Shown here in pieces: positions 26,537-61,897 of a stretch of DNA of 64,000 nt. Origin of the DNA: Lytechinus pictus (taxonomy: Eukaryota); NCBI RefSeq assembly GCF_037042905.1, contig NC_087251.1, forward strand, positions 29,142,001-29,206,000, given 5' to 3'. The translations under genes and the position numbers were made by a program. Each line of letters begins with the position of its first letter. The first letter of the stretch is position 1. The notes under the pieces are model-generated. The model made no database searches. It was given only the letters and a program-made list of their open reading frames with translations, and was not told the DNA's origin.

Positions 26537-27124
26537 TACTGTATATTCGCCGTGCTGGTTCATCGTAATGAACAAGCAAATCAAATGAGTATATCCCAGT
26601 TATTGATAGTAAATTATATATGGATGGAAAGGTCTTGTCTTTTTATACACAAATATGTCACTAAAAAGTCTTATAGATGTCGTGGAAATGCAAGAAATGA
26701 AATTATTAGAGACCCTTCTCAGCCCCCAGCCGACAATCGCGCACTAGAAAACAGTCGAGAATAATGACGTCACACAATCAACGAGCTCATCATCCCTCTG
26801 TGCTTCACCTTACTGACCTGTTCAATATCTTCCGAATTTACCGTTTTCTTCATGTAATGTGGTATCCGATTTCTGTTTTCGACAACTTCAGACCAAAAGT
26901 GAACCAGAACTGTGTTACTTTGCCCGTTTTCAATGAATTGGGAACTGTTAAGACCAATTTTGTCCACTGGACAGGCGTCGTTGTGTTGCTCCAGTCAGTC
27001 AGTGACTGAGTGAGTGAGTGAGTCAGTGTTTATTGAAAAACTCCAAGCTGACCGAAATTAGAGTCTGGTGTTTCTTTCAACAATGAAGATAAATGCACTC
27101 TTTGTAATGACCCAGAGAGCACAG

Positions 27125-27233
27125 CTCAAGTGATATTCGTGTAGGCTCCACTCCGCTACACCTATACCCGGGTAGCGTACGTGTAGTGTAGAGGTAGTGA
27201 AGTGGAGTGGAGCTTACACGAGCATCACTTGAG
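27125..27233. repeat. ~110-bp fold-back (hairpin) mini-element
   Basis: CTCAAGTGATATTCGTGTAGGCTCCACTCC pairs with GGAGTGGAGCTTACACGAGCATCACTTGAG (27/30). Confidence 0.8.
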
Positions 27234-27276
27234 GTAGAGCACTGGTGCTCTGAGTGGAACTTTTCACAGTCTAAAC

Positions 27277-27931
27277 CAGGCGCGTAGCCAGGGGGGGGGG
27301 GGGCGGTCGCCCCTCCAAAACGTCCCCAAAAAGAAAGAAAAAAGAAGAGAAAAAAAAGAGGAGAAAAGGAAAAGCGAAGGGAGGAAAGGGAAGAAGGGTA
27401 GCTTTGTGCCAGGTTTTTTTCTTTTTATTCTTTTTTTTCTCAAAAGAGAACTCCTTCACTCTTGCTCTAAATTTATATATAAATTTTGCTTCCGCGCTGT
27501 GCGCGGTTGAATTACAATATTGCAGTTCTCCATTGTTTCCCCCACCCTTTCTTTAACCATGTTTTTCAACCTCGGCTATATGTGTTTTTTGCCAGTTAAA
27601 GTTCAAATGTATACATTAGGACATGGAATTAGAGTAAGGTTAGGCCGAAGTATATGAAGTTATCTTTTTTTTTTATTGATCGCGCAATTTCTGATCGGGT
27701 CGGCTCCAGGCGGGTAAAATCTGAATTGGAGCTGATAAAGGTACTAGAGACAGGAGAGACGGCTCCTTTTCATTTTAATTTATGAAACACCGAAAGCTTC
27801 GCGCGCGAGAGGGAAACTCCCCCTCCCTGCACCCACCCCCTAGGGAGCGCGCTTCGCGCGCTCTGTAAGTGTTAGCACGCTTCGCGTGCATTTACCGCCC
27901 CCTCCAAAATGAAATCCTGGCTACGCGGTTG
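27277..27931. mobile_element. Non-autonomous hAT-like MITE
   Basis: TIRs CAGGCGCGTAGCCAGG / CCTGGCTACGCGGTTG; perfect 8-bp TSD GTCTAAAC (27269-27276, 27932-27939). Confidence 0.9.
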
Positions 27932-28076
27932 GTCTAAACCTACTATTATCGACCGGGAATTACATGCCACTGCACCGACTTATTCCTGTATCAGATGATG
28001 ATGATAATCTGTGCACCAAAACTAGAATATAAACTGATTAATAAAGTCAAACTAAAAATGTCTGGTAGGCTTCCCT

Positions 28077-28602
28077 CCCGGGGGGGGGGGGGGGGGGGGG
28101 GGCACTCGACCAAAAAAGTGGTAGGGGTGTGCCGCGGGCGAGACAAAAAACGGGGGCCTTGGAGCGGGCTCATTGTAAAAAGGAGGGTCCTCGGAACGAG
28201 CTTCGGAACTACAAATGTTTGTGAAAACGGGGGTCCTTGGAACGGGTCTCCTGTGTGCGAGTGCGTATGCATCCCTATGGAACGTACATGCAGCTAGCCC
28301 GGCGGCACGACTGACGGGCGCGCTAGCGGAGAGGCGATGGTCGGACAGCGAACTGCGGCCGCTTTTCACCAAAATTGCGACCGGAACGGCGTAACGGAAA
28401 ATATGCGAAGCCCTGGAGCGGATTTTTTTTCTTCTTTTTATCTCGAGAAGAAGAAAATACTATGCTCTGGAGCGGCTTTCTATGTTCTTTTTCTCAATAA
28501 GACAAAAATGCTATGCCTCGGAACGGAAATTTGAGTGTAAAAATGGGGGTCCCCTCCGCGGCACATACCCACTATGCATTATATACTGAGTGCCCCCCCG
28601 GG
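28077..28602. mobile_element. Non-autonomous DNA transposon with 8-bp TSD
   Basis: TIRs CCCGG(G)nCACTC / GAGTG(C)nCCGGG; perfect TSD GCTTCCCT (28069-28076, 28603-28610). Confidence 0.9.
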
Positions 28603-30887
28603 GCTTCCCTACTAGTGTACATACTTCCTACCGTAGCCTGAAGTACATTTATTAACCAATTTGTTCAAAAATATTGTGGCTGTTGCAGACAGTATTTCTT
28701 GTAGTCCTTCTTAATCATCAACGTAATAAAATTCATACTTTGATTTGATTATTTAGACTATTTCTCTTTTTTTCTCTCTCCTACATACAGATCTGCACAC
28801 TTGCTGACTCTGGTCTCTGCTTACTACTTCAATCTGGGAGATTCTGATATGGACATGTGGCCATTTTTTCTTCACTCTTCTTTCCTGGAGGAGGAAATTT
28901 ATCTACATTGATCTTGGAAACATCAACTTAGAGCAGTTTTGGAGAGGACTATAATATTGAATTGGACAGGAATACAGCTTGTCAAAAATAAGAACACACA
29001 ATTTTAATGTAACTTGGGCATTGTGTGAGAAATTTTCTACTCAATCACACGTCCCAAATCAAGGGTAAGTCCTTTGATTAAACACAAACATTTACTTGAA
29101 TTGCACGTACAACTCGACCTTATTACGCTTGAATTTGAATTTGAGACTTACGCTTTGAACACAAGTTTCTTGCAATGCCCCATAGTTATATTTTGTTAGC
29201 AACTCTGTATCAGTTCTATAACATGCTGATTGCTGAAAGTTAAGTGTCGTGTATATATCGTCACAATTTTTTCTCAAAAGGTATAATATATTTGTTCTTT
29301 TAAACAATATTTGAATATGGGTACGCCTTTTATTTGTTTTCCATGATATTCATTACATGTATGAACAAAAGTGAAATATTTATTGTGAAGCACTGTGAAT
29401 GTTGTTTGCAGTTGTGTGATGGTTCATCATGTTTGTTATAAGACGGTAAGCCTGGTGGATGTGAGGAAGTGGCCTGGATGAAAGGAAAGTGAACATGTGT
29501 CCAATTACTGGTTTGCATATTTTAAGACAATTTTGTTTCTGGATAAATATCGCTATGCATTCCATGTGAAGAGTAAAGGAGAAGTCCACCCAACCAAAAA
29601 TTCATTTGAATTTAAAGAAAAATTATAAAATATTGCAGAAAATTTCATAAAAACTTTGATTCAAATTTAAATAATAAAATGCCAAAAAAATTGAAATGAA
29701 TGTGTTGTGACATAACTCTAAGTTGCATATCATTGTTTTGTGTATATCACTGTTTTGAGTAAAAAAACACAAAAAACAAGGGAAATTACTCTATTCAAAT
29801 AATTTTTAGTTGATGTGGACTTGACTTTTAACTCATCCTCTACCCCTCCCATCCCTGCCCAAATAAGTGTAGAATCTAATCAAGAACTTGAAAATCAAAA
29901 GCAGCAATTAAGAAGTAAGATTTAATAAATGCAGGTCTGAATAGAATCTCACATGAAAATAAAAAGAGAAAAAAAAGCTGGGTAGGAATATAATAAAAAA
30001 ATCCCAGAGTTAGAGGTTCGAACCAGGGTCCCCGCACTCATCAAAACAAAGGCCTTACAGGTTTGGCCACAGACCATTTGCTCCCATTTCCGGGTTTTTA
30101 ATGGTATATGAAACAAATTCCGTTCGCCGCTGTTGCCTCATAATGCTTCGGAAATTCAACTGCAATTCCAATCATTTCGCGATGGATATTGCCATGTTTT
30201 TCGGGGTTCCTCGACTTTGCTACAAAATGAAATTTCATAGTTTTTGTTCAGTCGTGAAGAAGAATATCTATGCTTTTTATTGATTATAATATCAATGTGA
30301 CGCAAGTGTGATTTCTAAGTGAAAATATGCTTTGTTTATTCACATATATTTCTTGAAAAAAATTATTTGTTTCTAAGCTAAATATCGGTTACCAAAATAT
30401 GTTAAATGCGCATTTCATTTTACTGTTAAGAAAATTCAAACTTTTATCTATATACTAAGACCAATCTTGTGAGGAATAAACAATTCAAGAGCAAAAAACG
30501 CTGATTAGAAAGATCGTCTTCAATGGGCTGCTGTCAGCTCAGCTGCTCACTGCTCTTGGTGTGACGTCACTCAGCTGGAGCTCGGCAAAGGACCGTTGAA
30601 GGCAGAAATATGCCATGAAAATAAGTCATTTTTGAGAGCTGATTTCTGCAAACTCTAATCACTATTTTAAAAAGTGAAGTTATATATCTGATTAGTAATA
30701 CTTCCCCTTTACAATGATGACCACAAAAGGCATTATGAAATACTTTTGATTACGTTAGAAAGCAATTTTCAAATTATGAAATTCTTCACAGACCTGTGGC
30801 CTCTTCACTTTCTCTGAATACATCTCTATCAATCAATACAGAGGGAAAAACATGACAAGAACAGAGATGAGGGGGACTGCAAGATGT

Positions 30888-30893
30888 TTTATT
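30888..30893 (-). terminator. Candidate polyadenylation signal of alpha-actinin (implies ~3.2-kb 3' UTR)
   Basis: AATAAA on the minus strand followed by a U/GU-rich tract (TCTGTTCTTGTCATGTTTTT). The AT-rich stretch up to the stop codon has no recognisable TE. Confidence 0.45.
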
Positions 30894-33800
30894 GTTCCCA
30901 AATTGCATAGGCTAAGAGGCTTGTCCACAAAAGAGACACCCATAGATCCATTTTCCCCATAAGAGTCATTGATATCATTACAAACCATTGGGTTACAGAT
31001 CAAGGCAATTCTCTATGAAGCCAATCTCTCTCTTGAATGTCCCGTATAGCACTTAATACAGCTATGCACCAATATGTCAATGTTTGCAACTTTAAAAAAA
31101 AAAGTTATCTTGCTTGTCTTTAGGTAGATATGTTTCATAGAATGGTCCACAGACGTGGTTCGAGGCTAATTCATCTGATAGTTATCTTAGTTTAACATAC
31201 AAAAAAGCTAACTATGGAGACATTGTACTATTTTGAAGTACATATATTTTTCATTCATTCTTTTACATAAACATGACAATTTAATTGAGGAGTGATTGTA
31301 CCCATTGTGGGTACTTAATTTCATTATATTTATGAATCCAACACAAAAATATAATTTAAATAATTCTCATAAATTTCTAGCATTCGGTGTAGATTTCGAT
31401 CAATCATTTGCAGAAAAAAAATGCAAAAGAAAAATGTTTAGCTACCAACATTATAAGCATCTATGCTTCTAAAATTTGTCTCCACACTAACATACATGTA
31501 CAAATGCAAACAATATATAAAAGCGACAATTTATCTCTCATAATTCCATTATAAACCAAAGTAATAACCTCCACCTTTGCAAAGTACTTGGATAGTGGAT
31601 TAGTGCATTATGTGGGTGATTACCGCTTACCCCTAAAAATACATCAACTCTGTTACATGAATAATGATTTGTATTATTATGTACACACAAACAGGTGGAT
31701 AGGAAACAAAGTTATCTATCTAATGATACAAAATGAATAGAGAGATTTTGAGGGGAAAAATATTGATCATTAGTTTCTCTGAAATTTTAGGACAGTGGAT
31801 GGTTAACTTTGATAAATTTTCAGAGATAATGACTCACAATCTTGAAACAATTCAATGTTTACATGTATTTTGATTAAAAAATTACAAACAAACACACACA
31901 CAAATACATACATAGACTACCTATACCTCTAATTTAGGTGGTTATGCTGATGAATAGTGAGTTCCTCACATTCCAGCTTTTTATGAAATTATTTCAACAT
32001 AATTAGAACTCAAAATGACTATAAATTCCCCATATCTTTGTAATAAAGATAATCATGCCCATTCTTGAAAAGCATGTGCTTCATTTGGGGCTTCTCAAAA
32101 TCATGAAAGCATCGGGCAAAAAGAAAAGAAAAATCTTCAAAAGTTAACAAAGAAATGGAGAGGGGTGGTATAATCCACACTATTTTGTAGTTATTAACAT
32201 TTAGAGGCGTGTTTTGAAATCAAATGACAACACAAGTACTACAAACAGAGTATCACAATAATTACTGTAGCGATTACAATCTTCCACATATTCCACAATG
32301 TTCAAACCATACATATATATACCCACAATCAAAATAAAGTCTGAAAAAAAGCAAAGACATTCACAAATTTGATGTTAAAGACTTGGAAGCATTAAATACA
32401 AATAGACATTATTAATTTTCTCTGTTAATACATGTATACCAATATCTGACTATACAATTAAAGGTCTGCATATTAAAGACATCTCCCACACCATAAAAAA
32501 TGACTCGGGTTCAAATAATAACATTTGAAAGAAAACAGGTTTCAAGTTGCAAAGAACCGGATCTTAGCATTTTCTTTGACTAAAAGGCTGGATGATCTGA
32601 TTGCAAAGGCAACCTTGAATTGATTAGATACATGTTTTGTACATAACTTTTTCTCCATGTCATAAGAAAATATGAAAATATACATAACAATATTAATGAT
32701 AAGAACCAATGTATACTATAAGGTTATAAATGACACAGGCTTGGTAAGAATACAAGCCTAGGACAGTTATCAAACTAAAACTTGGTATATCATGAAGAAT
32801 ATATTCTGAGAACTCAACTAATGGTTATAAACATGACCCATGTCATTAATGAAACCAATAGGTGAAAGTGTGCAGGACTTATATTTGAAAAATGCACAAT
32901 GCTTGACAAGTTTTAACGCATATAAAAACAGAAGAAATTATAGCATAATTAAGAAAGTAAAAGTTATAAAAAATTTGTATTCAAGCACTATTGCTCTATA
33001 ATAGTGAAAATTAATTGGATTTCTTTTGCATAAAGAAAACAGACCTTTAATCACTTCATAAATTATTGCTTTCTACAACAAAGGTAAACTGTATGTTACA
33101 TAAACAAACATCAACCATATCTTCTTACCCTTACAATAATTATGAAAATATTACTTAGAGTCACAGTGTACCTAACAATATCACAAGGCACAGAATTGGT
33201 TGGTGTTTGCTCTTTAATGTACCGATATTTACCTTAATCACCAGCACTTTATCAACAGTACAAATATCATTCCATCCAAAAACTTATCATATCAATGTTC
33301 ATGAACACCATTTTGATTTTACGTGTCTCTTCCAAACTAATTGTAATAAATTGAATTAAATAAATTGTAATTGTACATTATTTGTAATTTACAATACTAT
33401 GCCTCGACACTGAGGCAGTAAGAGCCTCTACATTTTTACTCAACAGTACACAGGACATACGAAATGAACTAGAATAAAAACATGACTATTTAGCTAAAGG
33501 AAATACTAATTTTGAATGATTCTTGGAATCATCACACATGCTTTATCTCACTTTCCTTTGTTCAATCTGGAAAGAAATAGCTGAATTTGCATTCAGCATA
33601 AATCCTCACAGACGACAGGCTTTTTCCTGGGAAACCAAAGAAAAAATGCACGGCAAAAACAACCCACAAGCTGAAAATGAGAGAGAACACGAGAGAGATA
33701 GACAGAAAAGTACCAAGAACTAATAATAAAATGGTGGCCAGCATCAATTGCTTTGCATTTTGACAACGGACAAGGGCTTATTGGTTCCAAAGGGGACCAT

Positions 33801-34093
33801 GTATAAATTCCAAGATCTAGAAAAACATAAAATCATAAATGTAAAAAAAGATTACATGTGAACATACAGCATGGGACTAATAACAAAGGATGGGAAAAAA
33901 AGACAATAAAATAAATATCTACTTTCCTCGCTCATAACAAAACTGTTGCCATTCACATCAAATATTCCATGATGAAATTTTGCGTTTTTTTTTGTTGGTA
34001 GATGAAATATATATATTTTTTCTAATCTGTTCTTACATAAATCTCAAAATCACTAGATAAAATTCTATGGTGGATGGGGTGTGGTGTTGATGT

Positions 34094-57654
<23,561 letters not shown>

Positions 57655-58122
57655 CTGGAGATGGTCAATCAGGGTGTGCAGTCAACGGTGTGGCAAGGTG
57701 GCCGGAGAGGGAAAGAGGGAGGGAGGGGGGTAAGAAAGGAGGATCAGGTAGTGGACAGGGGTGCAGTGGGCATTCATTGAGGGGAGGTGGTGGATATCAA
57801 GAAGCATGAAGGGGTAAGGGTGAGGCATAGGGTGGGGAAGGGTATGAGAAGCAACAGGTAAAGGAAAATAATTAAATGAGGAAAGTGAATAGCCAGAGGT
57901 AATTGTGATGATCAGTAACGGTTCAAAAATGAAAAACAAGTGAATAGTAAAAGGAAAGGAGATGGGTATCATGATTATTCCAAGAATGGAAGAAAAATGA
58001 AGGACAAAGAAATTAGATTTTGAATGTGAAGGAATGGGGGTGGTAAAGATGGCAATGGAATATTGAGATATGGATAAAATCCACACAAATGGGGTAATTG
58101 GAGAGAAAAGATAAAAAAGATA

Positions 58123-58129
58123 ATTAGTA
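58123..58129 (-). promoter_or_regulatory. Candidate distant branch point (TACTAAT) for the 57654 acceptor
   Basis: Followed by a pyrimidine tract; no AG on the sense strand for ~475 nt until the acceptor. Confidence 0.6.
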
Positions 58130-61100
58130 CACTGAAAACGTTTCAATGTGACAAACTTTACAATTTTGTTCAGTTGTGTGTATATGTGACTTACTTGTTA
58201 TTTCAACTTTAGATGAATGGCATTCTGCTGTTAAAATTTAGTTCTGTATTTGCATAAAAATTCATATGATACAAATATTTTCAAACAATATTTTTACTTG
58301 AAAATCAAGATAAGTTCCACTTTTTGACCACAAATGAAATCTAATCCAACATGCTACATTTCAATAATTACCGGTACCTAATATGGCAGATGACTATAAA
58401 GATATTACAGAGTAATTCCGACAAAAACAAGTACATAATTCTAATAAGATGATTTCAAATTTTCAGCAATGACTATTATCTAGTGGCCTGTATATTTTGA
58501 ATAAGTTTAAGATTTCCTTTCAGTCCAGCAGTAGCTGAGCAGTGAGCATAATTTGAATTTTTGATTGAGACACCTACTGTACAAGTATGAAGACGACATG
58601 GAGAATTATCACATACATTGTTTGAAGTTTTGATGCTACTAACACTTAGATAAAGGGAGCAATCTGATTCCACAGCAGCTACACTAATAACACTTATCTG
58701 CAGACAAATATAAGTTTGAGCCATGAAGGATAGCACCTCAAGTTAAAGCCCATCTGCATCACATATCCATTTAGGGGCTGCTCAACTTACTGGCAAAGTC
58801 TAAAAAAGGCAGCTTCAAGACTGGTTGATCTCTACATGCCTTGCCCCAAATTTCAGGGTTTAGCAAACAGTTAACGGGGACAAAACTTGTCTCGGTGCAG
58901 AGTGTGTTTCTCTGGCACTCCCAGTATATTTGAAATTTGTGTGACTGTTTGAAAATACACAAATTCATTTGAAGTCTAATGGTTATATGATGCAGACTTA
59001 CAAATTAATTCTTTGGGTTCCTACTGCCTGATAGATACATTTTTTTCTTTATTCTTTGATTTCTGAGCCCCCTCTTGTATAACATCCCAGGGCCCAGTCT
59101 TAAAAAGAGTTATGACTGATCCATTCAACCTCAACTATATGGAAATCCATCAATGTCATAATTTTTCTTACAGGAAAATTGCACAATGTCCTCTCGAAAT
59201 CATACAGAGACATAATGAATTTTCAAGAAAACTATGAATGTAGGAATATATCTATGAAAAAAAGGATTTTGAACAAACATGCATTTTATATGTTAATGTT
59301 GCTGGCTTTCCATAGTTCTTGTTGATTGGATCAATCACAACTCTTGTAAGACAGGACCCAGATCTACCCTTCCCTGTGTGTGATAGCTCTATATAAATAT
59401 GACTGATGGATACAGGATTCTTTATATACCAGTACCTGGGTATAGACTTTCCTCCCCTGTATTTAGTTCCTGCTCTTAGTAAGATAGTAACCTCTTCAAT
59501 TAACCCTCAAAATATGATATGAACTTTACGGTATGGTTTTCATTTCCCTTTTCAATTCACATACAGTACTACAGTTCTAACAACTTGACTTTGTTTTACA
59601 AAATATACTAAGGAAAGTTTGCTTTTGAATCATCATATCTCTTGAGCAATGAATTGTTATCCCTTTATCAGATAATTCAATCAAAGGAATACCTAAATAT
59701 AAATTTGTTTATAATGGTAAAAATAACAATAAAGTTTGAGTTAATTTTAAAGACATTTTGAGAATTGAAATAAGGAAGTTTGAAGTGTTTCCACATTCCA
59801 ATAAATCAAACAAAAGTGACAACTTCAATCAACATCAGGTTGGTGTTTCATGAAGCTGTTCGTAAGATACGAATGACTTTACGCACGCCTGGTGACCCCT
59901 TCTTGGGCTAGATGATACATCCCTGTCATTCATTTAGGACATAGGAACACGTTCCAGTCGTTCGTAAAGTTGTGCGTAACTTTACGAGCAGCTTTATGAA
60001 ACACCCACCTGGGCCCTGTACCATGAAACATAGCTAGTGATCATGTGGATGTTTCACTGATTGATAGCAGTGATTATTGTGTATGATCACATGTAAAGTC
60101 AGCCCTGTGATCGATTCCTAAGATTTATATTACAAGGCCCTGCTCTCTTTACACATTTCTTTATAGACTGGTCTTTTTTTTTCAATTGAATAAATATCCT
60201 TTCGCTCAAACTCTGTGCCAACTTTTTATTTTTGCACACTTCCTTCTTGCTTCAATACCGAGACAGTCCCTTCACTTAGAAATAATCTGTTCATAAGTTT
60301 GTTGGTAAAGTTACAGGGGCATGAGTTCACATACAAGTATATGAACTTATTAAAATGTGAATCTAAAGCCTTTTTGTTTTACAAGGTTTTTACTATTGCA
60401 TGAAATGAAATGAAAAGGACCATTCAACTTGGATTATGGCATAAAATATTCTTAGCGGTAAAAATATTCAAAGTTTACCAAATCTGACTAAAAATATTGA
60501 GGAACAGGCATTCATGTTGCTGAGGGGCTTGTACACCATCTAGATGTACCTCAGTGTCACATAAAGACAACTTTCTGAGGTATATGAACTTGGAGTGACA
60601 CCCTTCAAACTCTCAGCTTTCAATTGATGGAAGTAACAACATTTCTGAACAATGCATTAGAAATTACCAAAGAAATCAATCTTCCATATGTTATGCCTTG
60701 TCTGAGCTAGATCTTCTGACAAGAATTTTACCTTTTGCTTGTCTTCTGCATTGTAAATGTGTTTACATAAAGTAGATACACATGTAGTAGTGCATGAGAA
60801 AAACTTTTGAGGTATTTTAGATTTGGTGGATAATGTACAATTTTCATCTGGGGCATACATGTATTTTACTTCAGATATACTTCCTTTTCATGCCCATATG
60901 ATAGCATATCGCAAGAAATCCTTTTTGTTTCACAGGTATTTCCTCTTCAGTACTCAGAAGGTAATGATATATATATTTTTTTAGTTCTGAAGGGATTAAT
61001 GCCTCCTTCAGACTGGCTTGAAATGCCTCCAGCCTAATAAACCTAGATTTTATTCCCCCAATTACATCCCATTTGCATGATCGTTAAGTTATTTATGGGT

Positions 61101-61537
61101 ACTTAAAGGAATCCTGCATAAAGAATGAACTATTATTCAGGCTTGTTAAGACCCCCTAACAGTTCATAGGGAAAGGCAGCATATCCTTAGCATTTTGCTT
61201 CTCACCAGTACACAACATTGTTTTCTTGTCATTAATTAATTCAAGAATCATCTGCCAACTGATATTGTCCAAGTTTACGGATATTTCAAATAAAATTACT
61301 GACTTCATCAATTTTTGAAGTTCTGTGTATATATTTTGGCTGATCAGTTCATTTGCAGGTTTATCATCAAATTTTACTTTTAAAATTTTTCATCAAAAAC
61401 AAAGCCTTATCAAAGTAATGAACAGTTTAATGTACTGCTAACATTACATCATGCTGACTAAGGTGTTTCGTTGATTCATCTCAAACATAAATTTGCAAGG
61501 AATGTTGTACACCTGAAACCTGCTACATCATAACGCA

Positions 61538-61897
61538 CCTGGGGGCCGTTTCATAAAGCTGTTCGTAAGTTAAGAGCGACTTTAAGAACGACTGGTGATT
61601 CTTTCTTGTGGTCAATGGTATACACCAAAATGTTCATTAACGATGATTTAGCGCATAAGAAAGGATCACCAGTCGTTCATAAAGTCGCTCTTAACTTACG
61701 AACAACTTTATGACACACCCACCTGGAGACCGTTTCATAAAGCTGTTCGTAAGTTAAGAGCGACTTTAAGAACGACTGGTGAACCTTTCTTACGCGCTAA
61801 GTAATCACCAATGAACATCATTTACCACAAGAAAGGATCACCAGTCGTTCTTAAAGTCGCTCTTAACTTACGAACAGCTTTATGACACACCCACCAG
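61538..61897. mobile_element. Two tandem ~180-bp palindromic MITEs
   Basis: Each has ~65-bp arms TTTCATAAAGCTGTTCGTAAGTTAAGAGCGACTTT.... Relatives lie at ~59838-60010, ~54716-54880 and ~19167-19450. Confidence 0.85.

Larger units (their letters stand above)
19885..26617 (-). mobile_element. DIRS1-type tyrosine-recombinase retrotransposon, full-length termini, coding-decayed
   Basis: ITRs at 19931-20073 and 26214-26596 (the latter interrupted). ICR at 20130-20227 is complementary to both outer ends. AAATTAT is present at both ends. Frameshifted YR remnants on the minus strand: WHLSVVLDA (~20805-20830), LSRWIVETI (~20512-20538), RAHDT (~20456-20470), FWRSSNS (~20371-20391). Confidence 0.9.
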
